Assembly: GCA_023213395.1 (NCBI GenBank)
Contig: CM041465.1
Coordinates: 197,415,741-197,479,740, forward strand
Direction: 5' to 3'
DNA from: Cycas panzhihuaensis
Taxonomy: Eukaryota > Plantae > Cycadophyta
DNA length: 64,000 nucleotides
How positions within the stretch are numbered: the stretch's first letter is position 1; each line of letters starts with the position of its first letter. The position numbers and the translations under genes were made by a program. The notes beneath the pieces are model-generated. The model ran no database searches. It worked only from the letters and a program-made list of their open reading frames with translations, and was not told the origin of the DNA. Below, piece by piece: positions 26,319 through 38,839 of the stretch.

Positions 26319-29300
26319 CCTAATGAAGAAGAGGTTTGCACCTATTGTAAGTCCTTGAATTTGTGGGTTAACATTCTTGTTTTATTAATTAGGCTATTTA
26401 TTATTTACATATAATTAAAATTATATATTAGCTATATTAGAATTATGTGTCATTTTCTCCTTAACCTCTTTTAGAGAGTAGGATCTTCTTTCCATAGAAG
26501 GGGGTGGGGGGTAATAATTTTCTTTCTACTTAGGCATCATTACTAGATGAGAGAGATTATCTTAAGTCTTTAGGTGTTATGTCTCTAATACATTTTTTGA
26601 GTAAGTAATTGAAGGGTGTCTATCCTCACCATGTGTTTACACATGAGATATGGATAGTTGAATGAGCTTTGTCCATCCTATTGAGAGTAGTGACCTTTAT
26701 CTTCTTCACCCTTTATGAGCTTGAGGTTTGTTGGAATTAGATATCAACACTACTAGACCACCCTAACACTTGTGTAAGTGCCATTATCAATATTGACGAG
26801 CCTCCATTGATATATCCATGGGAAGATCTATCTTATAGTCATAATTTCTTTAGACCTCTTACTTTGGGTAGTTATTTCCTTAATTCTTTAGATCAAGTCT
26901 ATTGTTTTAGGGTCAAGTAAGAGTATGGGTTACATTAGGTTAGTTAACCTAGGAGGGTTTAGTTGCATAGGATAGGCACATAGCCACATAGAAGTTATAG
27001 GAATTTATGCTTGATCGACCCCTGGCACTATGCAGGCCCTTTGTGTATTGATTGGTCCTTTCAAGGATATTAGTTATTACTTGATCGATCTTATCTCAAG
27101 GTATTATTAGTTAGCTTTTAGTTTATGTCCATTGATTAATGCATGATTCTCTTATTCCCCTTCTTGCATCACATCTTTCATTTGTTAGTTAGTTATTTTT
27201 AGATTTTATGTTTTCTTTTTGTTTCCATTTTTTCTAGCATGTCACACACACCTACACATTGCCCTTAGCCTAGTCAATTAAAAGAAGGGTTTACCTTCCC
27301 CACACCTTATGTAAAAGAGGTGCATGAGTGCCATTTAGGAGATATATATTTATGCCTCTCCTTGTTAGGGTCCCCGTCATAGTTTGGGCTGATTCCATAA
27401 TCATGTCTTGTATATCCTCTCCTCCCACATACCCATGCTTATTTTCCTATATAAATACCTATGCATTTTTCTCTAAATGATGATTATGCATGATCAAGGT
27501 CTTGTAGATGTACTTTAGTGTTTCTTCACAAAATACACAAAAGAAAGGTATATATTTCTTTATTCCTAAGCTTGAACTTAGGAATAAAATAAATATTTTA
27601 GTTCGGTAGCTCTAAAAAATATTATTGTCATTTATAGGGAAAAAAAGCCATATGAAAGCATGACCTATCAATTTATACCCCAAGAAAAATAGCAAACATA
27701 CATAATCAACAATGTTTGTAAATATGTGGTTTGCTTCAAATACCTAATTACATGTAAAACAAGAAACATATACCAATAATATAATTACTAAAATTATATT
27801 AAGGTTAACCACAATTGCACAAGTTGGACATGATGCATGCCACATAAGCATTAGTTTTAGGAGAGGAAGATTTTCTCTATAATAGAGAGAATACTCTTAT
27901 TCAAATTAAGAATGCCCTTTCTACATTGTATAAAAGTAGTAATAATAATATAATAAGATATTCAATTAATAAAATAAAAAAGAAACACATATATAAATAT
28001 TCTTATAGTTATGAAATTTGAAAGAATTCTCACAAATAAATTTTATGAAAATTAAAGTTTTAATCTACTATCACTAGCATTTGAAAGAGATTAGATACAT
28101 TCAACTCAAAACTTAACATAATAAATAACATAGTTGAGAAAATAGATTCCATGGTATACAAGCTCTTTACAAAAATAGAATAAAAATCTGAACTAATAAC
28201 AAAGAAAGTATTAAGGATACTTCATATAAATGGGATCTAGGAAAGCATATTGATATAAATTTTTGCTCAAAAAAAAGTTTAATAAATGAAGAAGGAATCA
28301 CAAGTGGAAAAGTTATAGAAGATATACCTATAATTACAAATAGTAGAGGCTCAATATGATCTCCAAATCTATTTATACTAGCTTTAAAAGATCAACCTAG
28401 TTAAATAAAAAGACTAAGTGATAAGAACAAGCTAATCAATGGAAGTTAGATAACTCAAAAATGGCTACTACACCTCCCTTAGTCACTAAATGTTCACTTA
28501 ATAGAAGACAATACAAGTATAAGCTTAGTCCATTTTCATGTGTAGATATGGATAATAATTAGAATGTTCTAGAAAAAATACCTTTGCATGGAAATGAAAT
28601 TGATAATTAGATAATTTAAAAGAAATATAGTTCCTCTTCTACCCTCAATTCTAAGGGCACAATTATAAGTTCACACAAAGATTGTGACAAATAATAATTT
28701 GACACAAGAACATGTAGTGAACTCTTTCTATTGTAGATTGAAAGATCTAATGGCAAGCCAACTCTAGAGACAAACCATAAAGAGTAAGATTTTACACATA
28801 ATATACTGACAAATATACTTACAGATCTAGTCCTTAAGTCCATGATAAAGGACTAAAAAGGTTAAAAAAAGATAGTAGCATAGATGAGAAGTCACATAAG
28901 AAAGATATTAAAGCTTATATCCCTAGGACTACCCAACCATTATATTTCATGACTCTTTCTTACCAAAATCATCATCACTATCTCTTTTATTTATCTCAAT
29001 GTTGAAGGAATTTCCTTCGACATCTTTACATTTTATATTCAGAGTATTATAGAAAATTGACTAAACTCTCAAGGAAATTAAAGCCTATATACATAATTAT
29101 TATTGGTTAACTCCCTTCTTAATGATCCAAACATTACTTTACATAAAATCTCTTTAGTTATCTGATCATAATTTTAGTGGAATATCCCCTAGGGAGTCTT
29201 AATAATAGTTTAAAAAGTAGGTAAATATACCATGACTCTCTCACAAATCTAAAAGTGACATCAAACTCAAAGATAACAATCTATAATACCATGGTTTAAT

Positions 29301-30694
29301 ACATGATTGGATGGAAACCAGGAAAAACATCTCTTGAATTATATGTTAAACACTTCTTTTACAATGTAAACTAACATGTAAATTTAGTGTATTTATATGA
29401 TATTACTCTACTTTCTCAAGGTTTATTCCATTCAAGTAGCCTTTGAGGATGAAAACTTTTAAGAGGTGAAGGCCTATAATTAGCCTAATTAATTGGTAAT
29501 TAAGTAGTACTTAATACTACAAAAGGAGGTGACTATTCTTTCTTAAAGTTACAACCCTTTATTTAATAATATAAATATACTTGACTTGTAAATATCCATC
29601 ATCATTCAATATTACAATAAATTATATCTCTAAATATTTGGTCTTTGGCCCACAAACCTTTAAGCATAAAATCATGATAGGTTAGGCTACCTCACCTCAT
29701 TTTATTATTTCCATTATAACATTCTTGTATTAAATCATATTACAAAATTATTGGAATCATTAAAAAGTTATTTTTGTAGTGTTAATTTGATATATAATAT
29801 GACCACTTTTAGATTTATGTTGACATAGATATTATATACGAAAAATAACTCAAGTGGTTTCAAGGTAAATTGGGGGAATTTGATAGATTTAATATTTCTG
29901 TTGTAACTTATTCATTTGACATTAGTTTTCTAAACCATGAGTTTTATCATAATCCTTGTTTCTATGACTTAAAAATGAATGGTGATACTTCTATATTGGC
30001 TTTTGTTTTCTATTATTCTTAAGCTCAAACTTACATCTATATATTAACCTAGCTTCCTATAAGATGTATAGAATATTCCATAGTTTCCCTAGGGGTTATT
30101 TAAACAATTAACTTATCACCCATTACTCTTGAGGCCTTAGTATTTATTTTGATTTATGTTTTGTCAAAAATAAATTTACAAAAAAAATAAAGGAGGGGTG
30201 GTGGGGGTGGGTTGGGAATCATACATGGCCATGGTCTTCAACTAAGATAAAAGTTCCTAACTTTGGTATTAATGGTCCTTTAAGTTTTAATAACTTGATT
30301 GCAACCTTATAAGCATTCTTCGAAGAAATCGACTTAAAGAATGAATACAAGCAAATTAGAGAGGTCTTTGTGTATTTAGAATATGATCTCATGTGGTGGG
30401 TATGTCCTTAGAATTCCAAGCACAATATTACCTAATACAATGAACCTTTTATAGCTCTTTGACACTGAATTGAAGAATAGACTTCCATTCAATTAATACT
30501 AGAGTAATAAATAAAATAGACCAAACACAAAGGGGCATAGTAAGTTGATCCTTTCAATAATTTTGAGACTCCCTTGGAAGCAAAACCAAGGGTTCTAAAG
30601 TCTTAAGAACATCCAATCATAGTAGCCATTCTTCTTTCTTCCTACACTTATATTGAGGATGATATGGAAGTCCTTATATTAGTAGCATTAAATG
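26319..30694 (+). repeat. Segmental direct duplication, copy 2 (~4.4 kb, carries the empty site of element C at ~29450)
   Basis: Colinear with 14220-17348 plus 23474-24651. It reads ctttgaggatgaaaacttttaagagg without insertion. Confidence 0.95.
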
Positions 30695-31977
30695 ATGTTG
30701 AGATTTTTCTTAAGGTTATGTGTGAAAGTCCTACACCTTTGGATGACATTCCTCTTAAGATCATAAACATATAAAAGGATACTAATACACCACCTTATTT
30801 AGAGATTGCATAAGGTAAAATTTTACTTGATCATGTAGGCCTTCTCCCTTGTCACATTCCCTTCATTAAGTAAAACCAAGGATTGTCAATGTCATATGGG
30901 AATGACAATGTAATTTTGCAACTAGGCAATCCACCACCATGCTTCTTAGCCTAACATTTAGATTTCAAGTTTTATGATTCATCATTCTATTAAATTATTG
31001 GACCACATTTCTTTAATACACCTTCCTACTTAATAAGGATTATGTATGAGCACCACCATTGCCAAAAAGAGAAGGAAGATCACTATAATATTATGTAGGA
31101 AATATTGCATATATATGCACATGGATATGTTATGAAAATAAGATATACAATAAAACATATACATAAATAAGGTGAAATAAGATATGACAATAAGCATATA
31201 AAACTAAAGTATGCATCAATATATAAGACAATAAGTTAGTGGGAAATGGTCATCTCTGAATATTATATTATAAGAGAAATATACTGATGGATAGCTTATG
31301 AGTGTCCAATCACATTTGAGAAACTCTATGGTGATGTATGGGAGTACATTCAAATAATTAAGATTTGCATAATTTTTCATTGGCTCACATATTTATGATT
31401 ATATTAAGAAAGTTTGTGAGAGGGGTTTATCACTAATAATTGAATATTATTCTTAATAATGACTTTTTATGGACATAAGAATGACTCGTCAACCTTGGAC
31501 ATTTTAGTAACAATAGAAGTTGGTCAAATGTATCTTCTATTTTTCTATTAATGCTTTGAGAGAAAAGCATCTATGAGGGGGAAGGGAATGTAGTGTGTCT
31601 CACATTCTAATATTATAAATAAGCGAGACTAGTCCTTAAAATAAACAAATACGATGATAGTTAATGTGCTAAAGCTATGTATGCATTAGCATGATGTTTA
31701 ATGATATGTTAGCACTAGATTTAATAGTGTACATGAGGGTTAATCGTGCATTCACACTAGGGCTAATAGAGACCGCTATAAAGGGTTGTGCCCTCCATGT
31801 GTATAATAAGTCTTCCATCTATGTGTGAAGCTTAATGAATTATTAATATCCTAAACATATTAATATTCATTGAAGAATTAAATGAAATTTCTTATTATTT
31901 CATTTGTAGGCTCTTTCTCATTAGCTTATTTGTAGATTTTTGTGGAAAATTCAATAGCAAATGTGAGGTCCATTATA
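30230..31977 (+). mobile_element. Internally deleted, very old chromovirus-type Ty3/gypsy remnant with PPT and 3' LTR (31589-31977)
   Basis: Gag remnant ~30240-30720; integrase Zn-finger-like GDVWEYIQ..KIC (~31330); PPT gagggggaagggaa 31575-31588; LTR with imperfect inverted termini tgtagtgtgtctcacatt ... aatgtgaggtccattata. Confidence 0.5.
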
Positions 31978-31981
31978 TATA

Positions 31982-31984
<3 letters not shown>

Positions 31985-32012
<28 letters not shown>
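31985..32012. repeat. (GT)14 microsatellite
   Basis: Read directly from the sequence. Confidence 0.98.
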
Positions 32013-32015
<3 letters not shown>

Positions 32016-33260
32016 CATATATAAAGGATTATATGTGACTATTGGTAGAGGATTATTTGCTAATGTCTAATTACAAGATTGATTCATATAATTCTTTACT
32101 CAATTTTAATCTAGTGCCAAATCATGTAAGTATAAACCACATGTCACCATATAAAGTGCAACTCTCTCATTTTACATTTAATAAGCAAGTTATACCATTA
32201 CATATGAGATTCCTATTACTCGCACAAGAGTAGATATATAAGGCATACCATTGTTAACTTGTCTATTTACATAAAATGTATACTACATGGGAGAAATCAA
32301 GATATTATATATACTACAGAGATAACTATTCTTGATTGATAACGTATGCCTTATGTTCATCCATATTATTAAAGTTGGATTATTCTTTTAAGATTATGAG
32401 AAAAAGGTATAGAGCATTCAAGCTACTGTACTTTTGATAATTATTTATAAAATCATTACAATTCATATTACTAATTTAAGTGTAATGTAGTTGCAACATG
32501 CTTGTCATGTCTACTATAAGAACATAGTGGTGAAATAAATAGAAGACTTAGGTGCCTTTGATGCATTGATTTAAGGCACTTCAATGCTTTTCATAAGTTA
32601 TACGTTTAATCCTCCTTTGCAAAAGTGGTGATGTGTGTTATATGGATACCCATGTGTTAGAGATATGATAATTTGGCAACAAGGCCACTTATGGGCTATG
32701 ATCTATATGTTGAGATAATTTTACTAGACCTTCAACTTGTGGTTACCTTTGGAGAATAAAGAATTGAGGTCGAGTCTTTTGAAGGGATGAAGAATATAAC
32801 ATACTTGTCATATCTATTTGAAAGACATAATAATGAACCAAATATAACACCCACGTAATGTTGACGAGTTGATTCAAAATACTTCAAAACTCTCCATAAA
32901 TTAAGGGCTTAATCCTTTTAGGAGGAAATGATGATATGTGTTGAAGACATATTAATACCCTTAGCATGTGATAGTAATATTGTTTTGCTATTGATGTTTT
33001 ATTCTAGTACCAATTTTGTTTTCTATAATCAATATATAATTGGTTCCCTTAGATATATGTTTAGGAGATGCCTCACTCCTCTACCCTACTCTCTCATCTA
33101 AGGGTTGTTTTACTTATTTGATAGCGACAAACTTTACTAGAGGATGCATTCATCTAGGAAGTCTAAACCTTTATTACATAGAAGAACGGATTCAATGTCT
33201 CTCTTTCATATCAACATCTATGTGATAGTTGTTATCTTAATTATTTAATGCATGCATGAA

Positions 33261-33336
33261 TTAATCCAATGTCTATCTCCAATATAAGCATCTATGTATT
33301 AATCCAATGCCTATCTCCAATATAAGCATCTATGTA
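33261..33336 (+). repeat. 38 bp tandem duplication (1 mismatch), with a degenerate third copy ~33378-33411
   Basis: ttaatccaatg(t/c)ctatctccaatataagcatctatgta twice. Confidence 0.95.
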
Positions 33337-33399
33337 GTAGTCATTACATCATACACCTTTTATTGCACAGATGAATGAATTCCATGTTTTTTCCCAATA

Positions 33400-34350
33400 T
33401 AGGCATATATGCCCCACTTCTTGTTTATACACGTCTCCGTTTTTCAATTTAAAGAGAACAACCTAGACATAAAAAATTACAAATAATGCATTGCAATAAT
33501 GACTTTTAAATACGACTCTAGGAGAATAAAACACACATAGACGCTCAACAATAGGTCTGAAATAAACCTAATATGCAGATTTTAATATATTCCACACGTC
33601 TCAAAATTTCCATGGCCATTTGGCATTCCCTCCCTTAATGCTTACAGTCAAATGAATAAGAAGAATAATCACGACCGTTTAATAGGAATCCCAAACTTTA
33701 ATATAGAAAAAGTGTTAAAAGGCTAAAGTTGTAGGAGGCTTCGTGCTTGAAAAGCGTTCTAAAATTTGTGGGCCAATTTGTAGTGGGTTGCAGGTTTCGA
33801 ATGGTACCTGTGATGCGTCCTCTCACTGTTTCAAAGCCGAATGTCGTCATACGCGTGCAAGAACTTTGCTCGACGGATCTCGCTTTCGGGTTTTGTCTGT
33901 CCTTTGTGCCGACAAAAAGGGGCGCTGATTAGTATTGTTGGTAGGTGTGATTGGGTGCGTTGCAGGTGTAAAAAATGGCATAAAATCTCTGCTAAAACCC
34001 GAGCGCTACTAATTCCAGTTCCAAACAGGAGATTACACAACAGGAGCTGAGGCAGAATCAGAAAACTGAGATACCCATTGAGAAAGTACGGCTAACCAGA
34101 CACATGGAGCTAAAATGAGGACTATGCAGAATTAGACAGGCCATGAAAATTGATATCATAATAATATAGTCTTGCTGGTATATTCTGTTACCATGGAGAG
34201 GATAGCAAAGAGGGCCAACCCCAGAAACTAAAGCAATCATGGGACGCCCAAGACTTGCAATTAGAAAAGGGTAGTTTTTATTAAACGGATAGAACAATGT
34301 AACAGAAAGGGGATTTGCTTCTAGCGCAATGATAAGTGCCAAAAGGCCCA
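33400..34350. promoter_or_regulatory. CpG-retaining island, candidate unmethylated cis-regulatory region
   Basis: 17 CpG dinucleotides counted in 33741-34007, whereas CpG is rare elsewhere. Motifs: ACACGTCTC twice (33429, 33594), TGGGCC/CCAAT (33769-33777), ACGCGTG (33851), GCCGAC (33908); RY CATGCATG at 33251. Confidence 0.5.
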
Positions 34351-35295
34351 TAACTATCTAGAAAGAAGACTATGCTCCATGAAGTGGATGACAGGTCTAA
34401 ATTAGATGTGAAGATTTGGAAGGTGCAAAGGACATACCCATGGTGTTCTTATTAACCTTCACAAGTATTGCATAGCCATAAATTTTAAAGATAAGAGGAC
34501 ACTTAAAGAAGCAAAATATTGCATCTTAGTAGCCTCTGTCAGTAAGAAAAACTTTATAGATATTAGCATTGCCAAAAGACTTAACATGTCCATGCATCTA
34601 TCCAACGATTTCTACAAGTGATGATGGTGAAGGTAGAGCCTTGTGGTGCAAAGCTATTTGTAAACAAGTAAAATTAGCCATGGGGGAGTATGATTTGGTC
34701 TTTGATTTCATTGCCTTCAAATATGGGGTAGTCTGTATGATTCTCATATGTTAATGGCTTTATGTATTTATGATATTTGTTATAAACCTAAAAGAAATAT
34801 TGATTGAATTATCCAAGCAGGGAAGAATTTACCACTTGCATGAGAAACCAACACCTCCGACATAGATAATCACATGGACAATTGATAATATAAGAAGGAA
34901 TGAGAATGGTCATTTAGCTACATGCCATACAAGGTTAGTCAAGGGAAGAAAAGATTTGTGTGGATATTCAATTAGTATTAAATCAACACACTAACATATA
35001 CTAAAACCTCCCCTAAAACATTCTAGTAGTTAGAGGAATGGAATGCATAAGTGAATTAGAACCATACACTAGTCCAATCAATCTTAAGCCTTACCAATAC
35101 CCACATTAAAAAAAAAAATAGTATTGAAAAAAAAGAAAAAAAAAATGTTGGAGATGAAAGCCATCTAACTTAGCAAAAATCTGTTTGTAGCACTAATGAT
35201 GTTGGTAAAGAAGAATAATGGGTTGTTCAAGCTTTGCATAAACTATATATTATTAAACAAAGTCATTATAAAAAATAAGTTTTATTATCAAAAAT
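34100..35295 (+). pseudogene. Ty3/gypsy chromovirus-like (Reina/Tekay-type) gag C-terminus, aspartic protease and RT N-terminus remnant
   Basis: Zn knuckle EQCNRKGICF*RNDKCQKAH (~34292); protease ILKIRGHLKKQ...ILVASVSKKNFID (ancestral ILVDSGSTHNFID); WCKAICKQVKLAMGEY; RT start SPINLKPYQYPH...LVKKNNGLFKLCINY...LNKVIIKNKF. Confidence 0.85.
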
Positions 35296-35309
35296 AGGTT
35301 TCCACTTCC

Positions 35310-37865
35310 ATTATAATGAAGAAGTGTACACACTATAATCTCCTAGTTCACATTAATGGGATAACTACATTGATATATATTAATTAAATATTCACATAGG
35401 TTAACATTACCCAACATTCCCATCTTAATATTAAATCCTATAACATAATTACTTTAAATCTTGATGTCATGTCTATATAAAAGCAAAACATCTACTAGAA
35501 CATATGGGTAACTAGCCATTATACCTACTAGTCCTCTAGAATAATCTTCTTGTACATGATTCACCAATATTTATTTACCAAGAAGCCTTCACCTACTCTT
35601 ATTTTGCCTATTTCTAGCTCGTCTAATTGAGACTACACTTCTAGGAGACAAAAATTCAGTTGAAAACTCTTAGATCCATCTATTGTACCATGGAAAAAAT
35701 ATGTAAAAATGATTATTTAAGTATAGTCATATAACAAAACACCTATTATTTTGATCCCATACTTTATTTTAACACCCTATCAAGTTAATATCTAAACTTT
35801 ATACCATTGAAATTACATTGAAAAACCCTTAAAGCATATCATGTGACTACTCATTGAAAAGCTCTATGATTCAGCTTTGTAATGAAACCAACAACACTTA
35901 ATTTTTATGTCATATGAGGGAGTTATGGCAATTTTTGTGAGTATAAGTATTTAATATAGTGAAAAAAAAAAAATTAGCACTTTTTATTTGGCCTCCCAAT
36001 TATATCAAAAATGCTAATATGATCATCTTGGGGGTTATGCAAACTTAAAAAACATATTGAAAATGTTTTAACTTCATCAACTAAGGTTTATAAACTTTAG
36101 TTTATAAAAAAAAAAAATTCAATGCAAATTTATCATATGACATGGGCACATGGCTATAGATCTTCAACTGATATGCAATTCACTTCCTTCAAATGTTTTT
36201 CATTTTAGAAGATGGTAGATAACCATTTTTCAATGATATAGATCTATTGGTGATAGATTTTTTAAATACTTGCTCATGGTAGAGAAAACAACATTTTAAA
36301 ATGCCCAAACCCTCACAAAGTCATCCAAACACTATGAACTCCACCTAACAGACTATTCTTCAATTATTTCTTAATCTAAAAGATGCATACTAAGGGATTT
36401 TGACACTACAGATGCATAAGAAGTGAGAAAACCTAAAATATTTACTCATTAGTAAGCTCTCATCAAAGATAGGTGCCCAACTTGCCTCAAATCTGCCCAA
36501 CATTATAATGGAGTTGGCCAACCATTATTAGAGCCAAACAATGCTAGAAAATCATATTAGTATGTTGCCAAAACACTGACATATTTCTTACAATAGTTAC
36601 AAAGCCATAATAAGAGCAAAAATTGAGGGAAAATGGGCCAAAAATCCATTGAAATTATATGAACCCTCCTTCATACATCACCGTGACTCCTAAAGTAGCC
36701 CATAACCTCAGATCTCCTATTACAATCTACTGTAACTTAGGAAGAGAGAATATTTCACCTTCGTAGGGTAATTTCACCATTAAATGATAATGTTTCATCT
36801 CTTACTTGCTAACGGGGTAATACACTATTGAATAAGAACCCCAACGAACCTACTTTCCATTATAATCATAACACTACTGGTAGTTTTCTTTAGAAAGTAT
36901 AAGCTCTCTCAAATTATCAAGCTCCACATCAAGTCCAAACTCACTAGTTTTCTTTAACATGAGCTAATGAACCATTTACTACTCTCAACATGCTATAAAA
37001 CCCTCATCCATCATAATATTGCTTCATGATAAAGGATAAAACTGTGGCCTATCTGCCATAACATTAGTTTCATAGAGTGATTAGAACTATATGTAAAGCC
37101 TTGCTCTTGGACTCATGTGTAATACCTACATGTATATTAGTAAAACATGCAAATAACTTGTCTAATAATGAGTCAAACATATGGAAAACCTTTATGGGAT
37201 TCAGAATAATTGCAACACCTTCACTCTAGTTGAATTTACTACATAGGTACTAATATGCTTTAGGCTCATGACACAAACATGCTTCTAGATGCTCTATATA
37301 ATTACAGTTTAAAACTATCCATAACTTGTAAAAAATCTTCACCTTATAAATAAATATATTACCCCCCTTATTGGTCATTAAAAAATATACTAAAAAGTAA
37401 GTTTAGAATAAACCCTTGATAAGTGGACACACTCATAGTCTTATATACTAACTAGGATTAAAACTAACTTGAACCTAGAGCTCTAATACCAATTGAAAAA
37501 ATATGGTATAAGTAAAACATACTGTAATACCATTTGTAAAAACTAGATGCCTAATATAGGTCCAAGATATAACAAGACTATGAAATAAAGATATACAAGT
37601 AAATAATAAGTAAAAAAAATACACAAACATATAACATAATATACTTGTAGAAAATAATTACTTCTAATTGTATTATATCAAACCAATGCACGTGTAGTAA
37701 ATATCACCACTTGGTTATCTAATCACATTTTAGAAGCTATTTAGTCAACCAATGACTAATTATAATGAAGAAATGTGTATACTATAACCATTAAGTGTAT
37801 ATTAAAGTGATAACCACAATGATTTACATCAATTAAATATTCACATGAATTAATATTATCCAATG
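35310..37865 (-). mobile_element. Non-autonomous LTR element D (5' LTR 37494-37865, Met PBS, ~2 kb non-coding interior, PPT, truncated 3' LTR 35310-35416)
   Basis: ttataatgaagaa..gtgta...aattaaatattcaca..ttaa.atta.ccaa is repeated at both ends; PBS tggtattagagc (-) 37480-37491; purine tract on the - strand at 35417-35426; no gag/pol motif recognised inside. Confidence 0.75.
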
Positions 37866-38353
37866 ATACATTCACATCGAGTCAAACCAACACAAGCATT
37901 CTATTTTTAAATCAAGTATTTAATTGGGTTACAAAAATCCATGACCCATAAAGCATGGTAAACATGAACTTTGACAAAAGGATGATTAAAAGTATGGTAA
38001 ACTTTACCTTAATAACTCAAGTTATAAAGTCAAATGAGCCTCACAATTTTGAAGAGGCCAATGGAAGGGATGAATGGAGAGAAATAGCAAAATAAAAGTA
38101 TAAAGCCATATTGAGAAATTATACTTGGGACTTAAATTATCATTTGGAAAGAATATGATTAGAACCAAGTGGATTTATAAAATTGAGTATAGATCAAATG
38201 AGCAAGTTGATAAACATAAAGCTTGACTTATAGCTAAAAGGCACCTTCAAAGGGAAGGAATTGATTTTGGTGAAACATTTGCACTTATTATAAGAAATAA
38301 ATTAGTCAATATCATCATTGCCTTAGTTGTATAATATGGTTGGGTCATCTATC

Positions 38354-38817
38354 TAAAAAAGGATGAAGGTCTACTTAGTTTACAACCTATGTTTGTGACT
38401 CAAAGCATCCATTAAAACATTCACAAAATAAAAATCAAAAGCAATTGGAATTAATCACAAATGCTCCAAAGTATTGCTTCATTCATTTATTCATATCAAA
38501 ATCAAAGTACATCATATAATAAAGAGATATATAAGAAGCTTCATACATGAAACAAAAGAGGTTGTTACAAAGTATAAAGAGAATATGGATGTAGGATCAT
38601 AGAAGGTGACAATTGGCACCTTTCAAGATTAAACTAACTTATGATATTTACGTACGAGGACAAAAGCAACCCTACATAACTAGGTTAATAATATTAGGTT
38701 GTGACTAAACCCATTTACACTAATGAATCCATAAATGTAAAGTATATACAATATTACATTAAAAATACAATTGATCCATTGATGAATTAATAAAGTACAT
38801 CAATAATTCTTCTATCA
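38354..38817 (-). repeat. 3' LTR of element G
   Basis: Direct repeat of 45011-45452. Confidence 0.95.
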
Positions 38818-38839
38818 CCCTCCCTTAACAATGAGTTCA

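Noticed and set aside
29100-29420. Possible LINE ORF1 (DUF4283) remnant on the - strand (IKPW, LP..IPLKL*S)
   Set aside because: Too degenerate and needs several frameshifts. A profile HMM search would be required.
14220-30694. The 4.4 kb repeats as LTRs of one giant LARD
   Set aside because: No TG...CA termini, no PBS/PPT at the inner boundaries, and the right boundary cuts through a gag remnant.
33788-33809. 10 nt micro-exon (ttgcag|GTTTCGAATG|gtacct) of a giant-intron gene
   Set aside because: No polypyrimidine tract and a weak donor. It cannot be supported without spliced reads, though it is not excluded.
33560-34005. U3 snoRNA 5' end (acgacc...aggaatc), telomerase RNA template or RNase MRP CR-V look-alikes
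   Set aside because: Only short partial matches. There is no USE (RTCCCACATCG) plus TATA promoter, no CTAAACCCT template and no GAAAGUCCCC CR-I.
34066-34112. TPP riboswitch-like ctgagatacccattga
   Set aside because: It lacks the ACCUGA and downstream P4/P5 consensus, no THIC context is present, and it overlaps the probable gypsy gag.
33743-34351. Five short overlapping ORFs in the CpG island as real CDS
   Set aside because: Higher GC explains the longer open frames. None has a recognisable domain, and 34058..34351 is antisense to the gypsy gag remnant.
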